Shown: positions 26,412 to 38,780, counted from the first letter of the stretch. The stretch is 64,000 nt of DNA from Lepidodermella squamata (GCA_047495785.1 JBLDXI010000010.1:186001-250000), one strand, 5' to 3'. The notes: generated by a model not told the origin, from the sequence alone. A program made the numbers and translations.

Positions 26412-27502
26412 TCAGGCTATTATCGCCGGGTAGCTGGCATAATTAAGAATTCCGCATGTATTGCCACCCCGAGCCATTCTGATGTAACCTTTTTCGCCCC
26501 ATTCCGTCCCCCAACTATTCTTGACGATCCAAAAGCGTTCGCCAGTTCGCGAATCTGTTCCGTATCCAACAACCAACACGCCATGATTCACATTGTCTGT
26601 ACAATCCTGATCTGAGTAGACCCCTGAGGTGTAGTAGACAAACGAATCCAAGCTTGCATCGATCGCAACAGATACAGGGCCACTGAGTAACGCTTCCATC
26701 AAAGCAGTCTCGTTATTCGGTGTCACAGGGCTGAAACCGCTAATAGCAGCAAATTTCGCCGATGAGCTGTCGTTAAACTTGCAGATTTTACTGCTAACCG
26801 CCTTGTAAGGATACGCAGCCGCTGTGTTGAGACCGGAAACTTTCTTAACGTATTTATAGGCCAGGTTCATCCAGCCACCTCGGCATCCATTGTTGCCGTT
26901 ATTCCACGAGCAGTCCATCAAGTTTTGCTCGGAAAGTACAACTGAATTCCCAGTTTGGATCTTGTATCGGCTCTCAAGTGCCCCAGTCGCGGCGAAGGCC
27001 CAGCAAGATCCGCAAGAATCTTGATTCTTAACCGGTGTCACCCAGCCCTTCGCGGCCCAGTTTAGACTCTCCGGGATCTTTGTTGATGGGGTGAAGGAGT
27101 ACTCTACGAATCTATTGACGGCAATTCCTTTGATTTCTTCATCTTTTGGCACTGTCACACCAAATAGTTTGGCAATCTCGCTTTTAGATTTGTCCATGAA
27201 TGGATTCGGCCCAATGGTGAAAGAAGAACGGCTAGCAATTGATCTGACGCGGTTCAGCCTGTTCAGTGTTGCCGTGTTTTGCTTGAAAATTTCGTATCGT
27301 TGAGCTTCCTCGGCCTGGTTGTCATAAGTGATATTATTCGCCGTTTTCCAATCATCCCAACTCTTGTCGATAATTGGCGCTGAATCTGAAGTTAAACCGT
27401 TCTTGAGCTTGCGATTTTGTTGGGAATTTTCTACTATAAGTTACCTGAAAATGCAATGAAGCAAGAAACAGCGACGTAGAGAGCTTGACTGCTCGATACC
27501 AT
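26412..27502 (-). CDS. Cathepsin L-like cysteine protease (C1A); intron 27386-27444
   Basis: Signal peptide, ERFNIN-like EEAQRYEIFKQN, GPNPFMD, and catalytic QDSCGSCWAF, NHGV, KNSWG. Confidence 0.93.
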
Positions 27503-28436
27503 CTTGTTAAGCTGAATTTATTGGAGCAAAGTTTTCGTTTAAAAACAGAATGAACATCATCGTAATTTTGTGATCTTTTTATACTGATTGCCGAGCTTGT
27601 TTACGCTATTAAATGATAGGACCCTCATCGCATCGGTATTTCAAACGTCAGGCCGTTTGGCCTTGTCAACCTTAACGAAGCTAACGAACACTGTCATTAT
27701 CGTGTTACAGCTGTAAATTGACGATGTTTTTTTCGCTTCAAGTCGAGATAAACTCATCGGTGAAGAGTCACCTAAATGATGGTCATCTTTTTAATGGTGA
27801 GTGATGACGTAGGGCAAGAGCACGAACTTAGTGCAATTCGTGTATGGATCCAAAATTTAAAAAGTTAAAGGCGAAATTTACACTGGTGGGATGTGAATCG
27901 TGCACTCTTTATTGTACTATTTATTGTACTAATATTTTAACTGTTAAGCAGCGAATTACAAACGCGATTCGTAAATGTTAAGTCCATCGTAGTTGTTAAT
28001 ATTTTGGTGAGCAGCTTTCCTAAGCTAGGTGTCAATGTTTTTGAAGCTAACCGGTGGCTTTTCACCTTTCTTGTAACAAATTGCCTACCAAAAAGCACCA
28101 GTTTAATTCTTGATCGATAGGTCCCGGTCGAAAACGAATGAAATCAATCCGTTCTATCAAGGTAAAAGCGATTGGGGCGAAGTTGGGTAGCTTTGCCGCA
28201 TGACTATTTCACTCGAGGATTGACCATCTGGCGGAACTAGAACGATGATTTATCGGTGAGCTTTGCTCCACTAGCAAATGATAGTGAGAATTGTACGTGA
28301 GACGAATGGCCAAGTTATCCCATAAAGCGCAGGTGACGATAGCTCTTTAGATTCCCTCACCTATTTCAAAGTCCAATGGGTCATTTGAAACCTGCCTGTC
28401 ATCAATAGGAATCTGCTGCTGAAAACGCATTATCGT

Positions 28437-29225
28437 AATTGATACAAATCACCCGCATTTCCAAAATCCAAACGAAATTTTTGTCGTTTTACTCCCCATG
28501 AATAAACGGGGCATGGAATCAAGCCCGGGAGTAGACGATAGGAGATTATTTTTTGTGAGCCGAATACACGTAAAATATGTGGCGATTTTACTACAACTTT
28601 GTAAAGAGGAAAAACTGAAAACTTTGAAGCTATGCCATGTGAAGATCGGACCAGCTGAACTAAAAGTGTGATAATTGCGATTTGTTTCTCAAATATTATT
28701 TATTTCCAGCAATTTCCAGACCAATGGCGAAAATTCCAGCGTTTTGGCACTTTCTATATCGCAGTCGGGCAGAACTTGGCCGGAAAAGTCAATTAGTTCC
28801 TATAAATTATTCGACAGTCATTGGCACCTCCATTTTCCCGAAAGTGTTCATTCTTTTCCTTCTTTAGGCCTCGAGATTTTGGGCGTTAATACCTCGAAAA
28901 TGCGGGAGCCTAAATGTATCAGCAAACACTTGAGTGAAACGACAGGATAGCATAACAGCGGGCTGATTTTGAGCATGACTTCCTCCATGCAGTTTCGTTA
29001 ACGTTGATCGGCTTCCTTGTCATAAATCGCATCAACACATGCAAAAATTCGACCTGTATTGCCCGCGGAAATATCGTTGAGGCTATCGTCGAAATATTTT
29101 CTTTTTAAACCTGAAATTTAAATAAAGCGTATGTGAGGGAGCATTTAAAATTCTTATTACTTATTACTTCGATCAAATTTAGAGGCCGCTTCTTCAAGGC
29201 CGCGAAGGCTTCTTCAAGGCTGGCT
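28437..29225. repeat. Diverged duplicate of ~48760-49505 (downstream of H2A); 28437-28905 inverted, 28915-29225 direct
   Basis: GATACAAATCACCCGCATTTC matches the reverse complement at ~49230-49250; GTGAAACGACAGGATAGCATAACAGCGGGC is direct in both copies. Confidence 0.85.
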
Positions 29226-29975
29226 GTGAAGAGGCACGGGTTCAAGAGCCACACAACGTCATTCATGCGTCTCCGCACAACATCTGCTTTCCTCTGCGGT
29301 TCTGGGACCGTAAATCAAGCTGCCATAAAGAGTCATGTGGCCAACTGGAACCAAGGATTCTATCCTCGAGTGTGAAAGCTGCTGGGAATTCCTGCCGAGC
29401 AGTTCCTTCGAGACCTCGGCTCCCTTCCTTCCGGTGTAGGACGCCATTCACCGGCAATCAAGAGTTGGCTACTCGGTTCGAAAGCCTGGGGACCATGTAT
29501 CGATCAGCAATAATCGGCTCATGTATAGATGACTCTTAGGCCTCATATAATATGTGATGACATGTGATCCAAGTGCTAAATGTCGTAAGGCAACTTGCGC
29601 AATAAAGCATGCCTATGAGAATGATTAATGATTAAGTCAAATTAAAATAAATTAATAAATTAGTTAATTAATTAATTAAAATATGTTCGGGGCGTAGCTG
29701 AATGAAAGCATATCAGCAACAAAATCAACATAGATGAAGATTCCAAGCGGGTGAATTTTCTTCGCTTGAGCAGTTCGACATGTCAGTCATCTTCGGCCAA
29801 ACTATGCGACCGCAATAATATTGACTGTGAATTTTCATATTTCTTTTCTTTAACCACGAAGAAATTTACTCCTTCACACCGTTGAAATAAAATCAAGTGT
29901 CGTATTGATTGCATGAACTCATGCTTTAACAACCTATAAAATGACCTTACTTGTGTCACTATTAATACTAGCTTC

Positions 29976-31412
29976 GTTTAATTCATTCAATTCTTGCAAT
30001 TCCTTGATATCGAAATCTTTTTCCAACTTTTTAAGAAGTCCCTTTTTCCAATTCCGAACCTTATTATAGGCTTGTTTCGTGATCTCCGCTTTTTGGTACT
30101 GTGCATAGCTGGCTTTGGCTGTTTTCACAGCCTCTGCTGCCTGTTTACACCACCAAGGCGGTTTTGGGTTGAAAATTTTCCCAGCGCGCTCACCACACGC
30201 GACTCTAGTGGCTGTCAAAAAAGTGTTTTTCATATTTTTATATTGTTCGCTGAGGCTTTTAGGTTTCGATGCTTCATCTGCCGCGTTCAAATTTCGGATC
30301 CCATTAATTTGTTCGTTGTAGGAAGCTTTGAACTTATCTTGGCGCAAAAGGTTATTCTTCAATACTTTGTCAGTATTTTCCGCCCTAGGTCTGTTGTAGT
30401 ACGGGAATTTGAATTTAGCAACCACAAGCCGGTGATCTGACTCCAATATAGGTTCCTCAATGATTTGGCACGAATAAATTTGTTGTTTGTTATCAACAGG
30501 CGTTAATATGAAATCAATCATAGACTTGTACCTACCGTCACCTGACACCCATGAATACCCACAGTTTGGGAAAAACGTATTTGCAAAGCACAAATTATTA
30601 CTCGCTGCAAATTCAACCCAACAGTTTCCCTTCGGGTTTGCAGTTTTGTTTGCATATTCACCGACGATTTTTGAATTTAGTTGGCTTTTCACCTGGCCGT
30701 TAAGGTCTCCCATGATAACAATTTTACCGGACTTATTCAGTAACCTGTTGTATTCTATCTGCAAATCAGCGATGAATTTGTCAAGCAACTTCAAATCATT
30801 TGCCGCTGGTGCGTAAACAACTATGACACTGAAAGTCTCACGATAGATCCTAAGCCTGACCGACATCAACCTATCGCTTATATAATTGACAGTTGTGACT
30901 TCAATAAATTTGCAATTTTTAACATACAGACCTGTACCAGAGCGGGCTATTGTACCGTTCTCTAATCCACAAAAGTAAAGGGTTCCAGAGCCAAGATGTT
31001 TTGAACCTTTTCCTTTTAAGCGATGCTCTTGCACCGCAACCACGTGAAAATTCAAAAATTCATCGTCCATCTCCCAATTTTTATGTTTTTCCGTTCTTAT
31101 GTTTATTGTAGCAAACAAAACCACCCTAAATAACTCATAGGCTTGATGGGTACTAAGGGGCTTTTTGAAGCGACGTCTTTTTGCAGGTTGTTCACTTACC
31201 TTGTCGTCATCGTCCGATCGCTCGCCGTCAGCTAACAAAAAATTGTCATCAGTTGTCAACAAATTGTAATCATTTTGCGTTGTTATATCCGCCGAAGTAG
31301 GCCTGGGCAAGCTGGCCCATGAGTTGGGCGTACGGGAACGGGAATCCGAATGGCTGGAACGGGATCGCCGGTTGTCCTTGAAAGGAGCCAGTTGGATGTG
31401 TAACTGGTTCAA
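29976..31412 (-). CDS. LINE ORF2 N-terminal APE endonuclease (RTE-group-like), truncated before RT
   Basis: ATINIR, VAVQEHR, VVYAP, IMGDLNG, IDFIL and SDHRLV motifs. Confidence 0.9.
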
Positions 31413-32355
31413 AAACCCAGCCGCGCTGGCGGCATTCTCGTGCCATGTGACCTGGATTTTTGCACTTGAAGCACCTGAGATCAGGGCAGTCGCGTGCGTA
31501 GTGGCCAGATTTATGGCACGTGCGGCATTTGTCGTCTTTGCCGTGCGTCACCTTGCCTCGTGCCGAGTTTTTGTTGTTTTCGTTCGCCTTGACCTGTTTC
31601 TTCTGGACATCGCCAGTGTCCTCGTTTTCGCCGTCCGATTCGCTGTCCTCGTTATCGGACACATCGTTGTCCTTGTTTCCAGACGCCGGTGGAGCGACCG
31701 GTAGCCGAGACGGGCGGCCGCCACGGCCCTTGGTGACATTCGTAAATTGCTTGTCAATTTCTCCCAGTTCCGGTTGTTCCACAATCCGAGTCATCCTTGA
31801 AATGTACCTAGCCTGTTCTTCGTTCTTGGACTTGTCATAAACGGAGGCACCCCGGATGTCGAGGTTCTCTTTATTCGGCTGTTTGTCGACGTATTCGACG
31901 AGAATTTTGTTCACTTCCACCATGTGGGCAGGCACGAAGTGTTTGACCTTATAGTATTTGTTTGTTTTGTTTTTTCGCACAGCGTTTTCGGCTGCTGTTT
32001 CCGAAAGTAGCTTAACCTTTACCGTCGATTTTCCCAGCGGCTCGACCCGGTCGTAGGTATCGAAGAGTTCAGCCAAAATGTCTCGAACCTTAGACTGGTC
32101 GGCATCCGGTGGTATGCCTGATACCACAACCCAGAGTCGTGCAGCCGACTTTTCCACCATGTGAAGCCGCTGGCTGAAGTCTTCTACTCGGTTGATTGCT
32201 GCTTCTAAACCATTTTCAATTACCTCGCCGTGTATTTGCTGAAGTGTCGCTATCCACTCGAAGTAGGATGTCCAGTCGGCGTTGACGTTTTCGTCTCGAA
32301 GACTTTTGCCGAACGCCAAAAGCAACTCGGCGACTTGAGAGAACTTCGTTTTCAT
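31270..32355 (-). CDS. LINE ORF1 gag-like protein with an RRM-like region and two CCHC zinc knuckles
   Basis: CRTCHKSGHYARDC and CFKCKNPGHMAREC; VVVSGIP RRM-like strand. Confidence 0.85.
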   Translation of the reverse strand: MKTKFSQVAELLLAFGKSLRDENVNADWTSYFEWIATLQQIHGEVIENGLEAAINRVEDFSQRLHMVEKSAARLWVVVSGIPPDADQSKVRDILAELFDTYDRVEPLGKSTVKVKLLSETAAENAVRKNKTNKYYKVKHFVPAHMVEVNKILVEYVDKQPNKENLDIRGASVYDKSKNEEQARYISRMTRIVEQPELGEIDKQFTNVTKGRGGRPSRLPVAPPASGNKDNDVSDNEDSESDGENEDTGDVQKKQVKANENNKNSARGKVTHGKDDKCRTCHKSGHYARDCPDLRCFKCKNPGHMARECRQRGWVFEPVTHPTGSFQGQPAIPFQPFGFPFPYAQLMGQLAQAYFGGYNNAK

Positions 32356-32965
32356 TTAATTTATTTTGTTTAAAAAACCTTAGACACAAATCAAATTTCG
32401 CAGATGGTAATGACCTTACTTGTGTCACTATTAATACTAGCTTCAATTTGTTTAAAAAATCTACGTCTTCGGATGGCTCGGACGGTGTGTTGCTAAAATC
32501 GCCGCGGCGATGCATGCAGGTCAAATTGAAATGAATAAACAAATCAGTAGTTTATTAATTAACGCCTAAAATATGTTAAAAACTGTAAATATTGACTGCG
32601 CGAGTATCAATTCAACGGTAAAGTCTTGCAGCTTCATTCAAAGCTGTCCAAACTACAATTTGATTGCTGCTGAGAGTTCACATCCACGCTTTTCAACTGT
32701 TACTTCTTTTGTCATTACATAGCATTACTCTTTCTCCGTGACTCAAACGTAGACTCGGCTGCTTAGCAGAGTCAGTTAGAAATGTGATTCATTGCTGAAT
32801 GCAAGGTATCGCCTGATTCGAGCAACTTGCAACCTTTAGGTGTACTGTGATTGAAATTGTCAAGAAGCTAGTAAGGTTTAGCACATTTTTTATTAGACAA
32901 GTCAGCAGTTGGGGTGTATACAAGGTGTGCTGTAGCAAATCACTTGTGGGAAGAAAAAGCGTTAA

Positions 32966-33367
32966 CCCTTAGCCGCCGAAGACGTGTACACGCGTTAATT
33001 CCGGAGAAAATTCACCGTGGTCGGAGGATTTGGGCTATTGAACCTATTGTCGCGTCATAAATTATGATAAATCAATAGCAAGAAACAAGCACTCCCCGAA
33101 AATCCAAATTTTCAAAGCCATTCCGACCAGGTCGAAAATAGTGAGAAAATTTTTAAATGACTTGTTAACACGTCATGAAAACGCGTTAACACGTCATAGC
33201 AACGGCAGCCCAGGTAAATTTCGTCTGAAAAAGAGGTTCGGCTTTCAATCTAAGGCTAAATGTAAGACTTTCTGCCGACTCGGAATTTGATTTTAGCCTC
33301 TTCTTGATTTTCTGGGATTTTCTGAAAGGTGCTCGAGTTAACACGTCATTGCGCCGGCGGCTAAGGG
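32966..33367. mobile_element. piggyBac-type MITE (402 bp)
   Basis: TTAA on both sides and perfect 13-bp TIRs CCCTTAGCCGCCG/CGGCGGCTAAGGG. Confidence 0.9.
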
Positions 33368-33714
33368 TTAAGCGTGAACAAATCCATAGTTGAATGCGCC
33401 TGCATGCAGGCAGAAAGTAAGCAGTTGATATTCGGTTTACAACAACATTTCCACAAATGCCTGCATTCTATTGAGGAATAAGCAGCTAGGGCGTGTATAA
33501 TATGGTTGACTACAGTTGACTAGATGATATGCATAGTGACAGTTAATTGGCCGTTTTCGTGAGTCACGCGGCTTGACGCTGCAATCGTAGCTGTTGCACC
33601 TTTTCGCGAAGCTAGATTCTGGCGTAGTGAACCTGAGCTCCCCTGATCTCTCCACTCTTCCGGCAAATTCCCGCCAAGCCACATTCTTTATTGCTAGCGG
33701 TGTAGAAGAACCCC

Positions 33715-34401
33715 TTGCAAGATGTCCTATTAAAACAAGCCTCCGCGCAATCCGACACTGCGGTTGCTCTGACAAAATCAAGGGGCTTACGCGTCGATGG
33801 CCCTCTGCTTCCGCCACGTGGTTCTAGTGGTACTGGCGACTCAAATCGGAGTTATGGATCCCCTCATGAACAGCAGCTCACTCGATTTCAACGAGCGCAC
33901 TACACATTGGCTAAACAGTCGGTAACGAGCTGTAAAGATCCCAACTTTGTCATTCTGCGCAGAAATCGCGACGAGAACAGCACCCTTGATCTCGAGTTCT
34001 TCGTTGGTCATGCAATCGAAATGAACAAGCTCTTCTTCACACGAAAAGGATTATATTTATCGGTTCGAGAACTGCGAATGATTTACGAGAGCATGCAGGT
34101 GGAAGGTGGATGGGTTGACAAGATAAAGCAAGAGCTGAAACAGCCGCGCGGAAAGTTTTGTAATGGACCTAAACATCTCATCGGAGGGATGATTCATGCA
34201 AGAGTTTTCCGCCCAACTGGATCACAGCGCGCCTATGTTGATATCCGCCTTTACGTGAACAATCGAAACAATCAAGCCGAACAACAAGAGCCACAAGAAA
34301 ATTCGAGTGACTTTTCGCAGGACGGATTTTGCGCATCAGATGTGGTCTTTCTGGAGCTCCAGCACATGATTTACTACATGCTGTCGAACTTGAACGAATA
34401 G
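33715..34401 (+). CDS. Tandem PC4-like ssDNA-binding/coactivator protein (Polinton accessory gene); start uncertain
   Basis: Two PC4-like segments: LDLEFF..FTRKGLYLSVRE and RAYVDIRLY..SQDGFCA. Confidence 0.55.
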   Translation: MQDVLLKQASAQSDTAVALTKSRGLRVDGPLLPPRGSSGTGDSNRSYGSPHEQQLTRFQRAHYTLAKQSVTSCKDPNFVILRRNRDENSTLDLEFFVGHAIEMNKLFFTRKGLYLSVRELRMIYESMQVEGGWVDKIKQELKQPRGKFCNGPKHLIGGMIHARVFRPTGSQRAYVDIRLYVNNRNNQAEQQEPQENSSDFSQDGFCASDVVFLELQHMIYYMLSNLNE

Positions 34402-34530
34402 AGCAATCAAGCAAGCTACTTCGCGAGCCCAAACTAACATTGATCATATATCCGCGTGTAAATATGCTTCTCGAGTAATACAATAAAGTGAAAATCTGTG
34501 AAAAGTTCAGTCTTTATTAGCATGTCAATT

Positions 34531-35337
34531 TTACATAGTCAATGGCAGGTTCAGATTTGGTACATCATCCACTTTAACAAAGACGTTGCCGGTGCGGGTA
34601 CCGATAAAATTTCGAAATCGAAGTAACGGCGGGCATGACGCTGTGTTATCAATGAGAAGGTAACCAAATGGAACGCTTGAAGCAAGGTCGAAACTTTCTG
34701 AATCATCAAAGAAAAAGTCCAAATTAAAATGATGAGCAAAGCAAGGATCCTACCTTGCAAGAACCGCCAATCCTTGGGCATAATCTGACGTGCCAGGTGA
34801 GAAAATTGTGTCATATCGCAGGGTGAACGGAACACAATAATGTAGCGAGCGTTCAGAGTCAGGTCGCGAGAGAACTTCCCTCTAAGTAAAGAAGAACAAA
34901 ATGAGATAACAAGGAACGATTAAAGGGAGAGATAGTGAAAACCTGGGGAAGAGGTTATTTTGGGCCATGATAACACTGATCTGGCTGTGATGAGATCCTC
35001 GGTAAAACAATTCAGCAACCTGTTTCATATCTTTTGCATCGCTGTAGTTATCGTCAAATATTATTAGTTTGTGAGCCCCTCCTAAATAGTCAGCTTCATG
35101 AAATGATCCAATGTCGTCGCGAAATTCGATGGGAACGCCACGAGCAAGCAACACCTGCTGACTGAGCTCAGCATGTCCAGGTTGAGCAATTCCTCTGAAC
35201 CAAACTATTCTATCCAAAGGTTTGTCGAAAGATTCGGGATAAAGCAGAATGTCTTTAATGAGTGTCGATTTTCCACCCTGACTCGGGGCGGAAAGGATTA
35301 TAGTACAAGGTGATTGAAAAGCCGTTGTGAAGCTCAT
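34531..35337 (-). CDS. Polinton A32/FtsK-like packaging ATPase; introns 34882-34942 and 34698-34753
   Basis: Walker A APSQGGKS, Walker B LIIFDD. Splicing gives NLFPRGKFSRDLTLNARYIIVFRSPCD and FLQESFDLASSVPFGYLLID; 690-nt spliced CDS. Confidence 0.92.
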
Positions 35338-35348
35338 AGCTACTTGTT

Positions 35349-35858
35349 TTATTTTTCAAATCGCTTCTTTTTATAGTGATCTCTCACAAAGCTAAGAACA
35401 AAGGCGTCATTCTGCTGCCTAGAATTTCTGCCGTGATTAGTGATTAAGGATACAATATTAGGTAAGGAAACACCACGTGCCGACTGATGAAGGAACACCA
35501 AGCAGTATAAGCCACAGTGAATGCTGTCGTAAGCCTGAAGGCTACGGTGGTTATGTGATCGCAACTTTCGCCCACAGTTCGCCATATTACTTATGAAATG
35601 CTCGATCCTAACAGACCAGCTACTGGATTGTTGGCCGTAAGAGTCCATGAAGATGATCGATGAATCGGTAACATGAAGAGCAATCCAATGTGACCCTGCT
35701 GACGAGCTGGGCGAGGCGTTCACAATCAGGAACAGAGGCTTTTGCGACGAGCCAAGATTTTCATAATAGGCAAGCGAGTCGCAAGGAATAGTAGCGAAAA
35801 TGCCTTGGCTAATAACTGGGTCCGAGGCAAGAAAAGCGGTTAATTGATTCGTATTCAT
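35349..35858 (-). CDS. Adenain-like maturation cysteine protease (intronless)
   Basis: GSHWIAL, FMDSYG and LQAYDSIHCGLYC catalytic motifs; the ATG overlaps the MCP stop (TGATG). Confidence 0.9.
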   Translation of the reverse strand: MNTNQLTAFLASDPVISQGIFATIPCDSLAYYENLGSSQKPLFLIVNASPSSSAGSHWIALHVTDSSIIFMDSYGQQSSSWSVRIEHFISNMANCGRKLRSHNHRSLQAYDSIHCGLYCLVFLHQSARGVSLPNIVSLITNHGRNSRQQNDAFVLSFVRDHYKKKRFEK

Positions 35859-37185
35859 CAGAAAAAGTTGTGAATGACAGTGCGGTTCGACTGGAGCTCC
35901 ATCACCCGGTGTTTATACTGCATTACGGCAATAAGAGTTGCCGGGTTCGGCAGCTTTTTGCCGAAAACTAGGTTAATTGCCATCTGACCCGTGGTAATAA
36001 GGCGGCCATTCGGGTCGTTGTCCAGTGACAGCTGAAATGCGAGCACTGTGCCACCACCTTTAACAAAATCGCCCCTACTAATATTGACGCATTTCGAATT
36101 CGAATCGGGGAAAATGGTGTCTTGCATTAGTTGATAAGCCCTAGCGCAATCTAAAGTACCAAAGTTCATGGCCAATGGAGTGCCACCCACAGCTTTCCCA
36201 TCAATTGTTATCGTTATATTTTGAAGGTCAAAATGTTGAAAGTTGAAAGGGTTGGCTGTAGCCGCTCCCTGAAGAGCTGAATCCTCGACCATAACTAAAT
36301 TTGGAATGATTTAAATTAAACATGAATTCCGAGCCGAAAACTTACCTAAAATGAGCTTTTCCGGAATCACACCCATGACTACATTGTTGAGATGGATTGA
36401 TGTCATGTTAGTGGGCAAATTGAAAGGTTTGGCCAGGGTATGGTTGAAAATGTACTTTGCAGGGGTTTCAACTAGTGCTCTCTCCAGAGCCATCGTTACC
36501 TCAGGAACAACTTCGACACGTTTCACCAACAAAACAGCTTCCAGTAGTTTGAACTCGTAATCTTTCAGATCATCAGACATCAAGAAAAAATCCGGTTTAT
36601 GCATAGTTAACTTGATTCGAACACTCGTTTGGGGGATCAAATATTTCTCCTGATTGAAGAAGTCCGTTTGAATTTTCCCGCATAACGAGATAACGGGGTT
36701 CTTTTCTATATCATTGACAAGGCTTAGTCGCTGCACGAAGCCGGAATTAGGTGCCTTCAACTGGTCGAAAGATCCGAATGAGTCTGGATGCCACGCAACG
36801 TTACTCAACTTGGCATTTTGCACATCTTCCGAGGCCGAAAGTAAATGCTCAATGTACGCAGAAATCGGATGTAACGAGGTGTTTTGCGTTATCAGATTCT
36901 CATTCACGTAAACGTGGCAATCGGAAAACATTGAATTTAAAAAATTGTTAACAGGCGCACAACAAAAGTTGTTCTTTGTCATGCCGGCAGCAGTTGAAGT
37001 GATTGAGGCTTTGATGGAAAGGTAAGTATGACTGAGGTCGGTGCGGGGATCGTAAAGGTGATTTGTTGCGCGCCCGAAATGGATGCCATGGGATGGCACT
37101 CCGTGGTGTGAGTACCAGTGACCTCATTGGTGACAGGCGGGGAAGCGAAAATAGCCAACTCTGCCCTAATTGCGTGATCAGACAT
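35858..37185 (-). pseudogene. Double jelly-roll major capsid protein; intron 36295-36345; frameshift at ~37045
   Basis: AELAIFASPP, TDLSHTYL, PVNNFLNSMFS, DFFNQEKYLIP and spliced KLILVMVEDSALQG..NPFNFQHFD. Confidence 0.88.
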
Positions 37186-37240
37186 TGTAAATTCTCGGAA
37201 TAATGTTTTATTAATAATTCATCGCCTTATATATATCAAA

Positions 37241-37654
37241 TCAGAACAGAATGCGCGTAGATTTAGCTGGCCTTTTCCCACGCTTAAATTTTCGTTTGCC
37301 GGAACCGTACTGACGAGCTAGGTGACTGATTGCATCCTTTCCTACTGTTTTTAGGCCTTCCATACCTCGATTCTTGAAAACTTCCGCCATGTTATATTCA
37401 GTTCCAGCTTGCTGCCGCTCAGAAATATCCGAAGCAATGTTTGTCGCTGTTGAAGCAGCTGAAGTGAAAAGTTTAGGCAGAAAAGGTATTAAAGTGTGAC
37501 GAATAAAGCTGCGGATATATGTTCCCAGTCCATTTCCAACTTGAGGCATCAATACGATGGATGGTCCACTAAACGGTTGTATACCGCTTCCGCCTCGTCC
37601 AGTTTGGCTAATGAACCAGTTGTAGTAGGCATCGGAAGAAATGGGTGCTCGCAT
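37241..37654 (-). CDS. Putative Polinton core/membrane-active precursor protein with adenain-type cleavage sites
   Basis: QTGRG, QVGNG and QYGSG sites; amphipathic GLGTYIRSFIRHTLIPFL; basic C-terminus. Confidence 0.65.
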   Translation of the reverse strand: MRAPISSDAYYNWFISQTGRGGSGIQPFSGPSIVLMPQVGNGLGTYIRSFIRHTLIPFLPKLFTSAASTATNIASDISERQQAGTEYNMAEVFKNRGMEGLKTVGKDAISHLARQYGSGKRKFKRGKRPAKSTRILF

Positions 37655-37657
37655 TGC

Positions 37658-38780
37658 TTAGCGACGAATGGGCCGAATATGGATGGTGACAAGAGATTTG
37701 CCTTCCTTATATACAACTTTCTGTCCCGAGTCTAGGCACATCAAAATTGAAATAGTATCCACAAATTGAGTGCGAACAGGGTGATAAAACGGCATTGAGC
37801 CAGCAAAACTGGTCATGCTGTATTTTGTGGCGGAAGCTGAACCCGAAGCTGGAAATACGCGGAGTAATGGTACAAATTTGTCACCACATATTGTGTGTTC
37901 AATCAAATCGCTATAGCAATAAACCAAAGGGCTGTGAAAATGGATCTGTGGCTTGAACTCGGAAAAAATCGGAATCTCATCGTACGTCGGGCGGTAATTT
38001 ACTGCAGCTACCAACTCTGATTCACCACTTTCATTTTTCCGATGCATGTTTAGTCTCAACTTGCCATCGTCACAGTCCTGGTAAGTCGGAATCTTACCGT
38101 GGGCCATTGGCATCTTTGAGCCTTCCTTCCCCGGCAAAATAAATCGCAACATGTGACTAAACAGCGATAAAAACTCGCGCTCATGGCGTATAGAGTCTTC
38201 CAACTCAAGATCCTCGTCATGTGGCGGAATATTCAGCAAAAGAGTCCCACGCTCAAACCCTAGTATTTGAGCAATAAACTCGGGTAAATAGAGACCACAG
38301 CCAGGTTTTAAGTTGAATCTAATACGACTCCTTGATTCCTCATGACTCAAAGTCATGCCGCTCCAATCGGGGAATTCCGCTGTCATATGATTCAGAAAGT
38401 CGTCCATGGTTTCGTAAATTCTGCCGCCAACAGTACATTGCGAAAATTCTTCCGGTGTGTCAAACGGTGAATCATTCAAATTCCCACGCTCGAACCATGA
38501 CGTTTTGAACAAATAGAAATGAGATTTCTTAATGGAAATCACTTGAGAAGGTGTGCAGACTTCCAAAAGCGCCGCTTCATGGCTCCCTATGCATCCCAAA
38601 TCTATGAAAATCGAAACATGGTAAGAACAAAATAATAATATTTGAATCCGCCATACCGATAATTTCCGGGAGCTTGACTTTAAATTCTGCCGCATTATTG
38701 TTGCTAAAAAGATCCATTGACGCGTGAGAAGGAAGTGTCAAAATGAGATCTTTGCCGTAATAATTATTTGCTGGAAGCAT
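37658..38780 (-). CDS. Minor capsid (penton) protein; intron 38602-38656
   Basis: LTLPSHASMDLFSNNNAAEFKVKLPEII|DLG..HEAALLEV; C-terminal YCYSDLIEHTICGD..PLLR and VTIHIR; 1068-nt spliced CDS. Confidence 0.88.

Larger units (their letters stand above)
29976..32408 (-). mobile_element. Non-LTR retrotransposon with ORF1 and APE endonuclease, 3'-truncated (no RT), 36-bp TSD
   Basis: TSD AATGACCTTACTTGTGTCACTATTAATACTAGCTTC at 29940-29975 and 32409-32444; the empty site is visible in the right repeat copy. Confidence 0.92.
29687..32635 (+). repeat. Left copy of a 480-bp direct repeat (29687-29975 plus 32445-32635), interrupted by a LINE
   Basis: Essentially identical to 48263-48742; one substitution seen. 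Confidence 0.95.

Noticed and set aside
29230-29460. 3' end of a LINE ORF2 (VGHMTL..SRCC..ETH) as the missing tail of the adjacent LINE
   Set aside because: It lies outside the TSD and is far more degraded; at most an unrelated old fragment.
32636-33700. Left TIR of the Polinton
   Set aside because: No AGTAGTAG-G(n), CCCTAA array or CATGGC TSD seen; the only inverted repeat here belongs to the piggyBac MITE.
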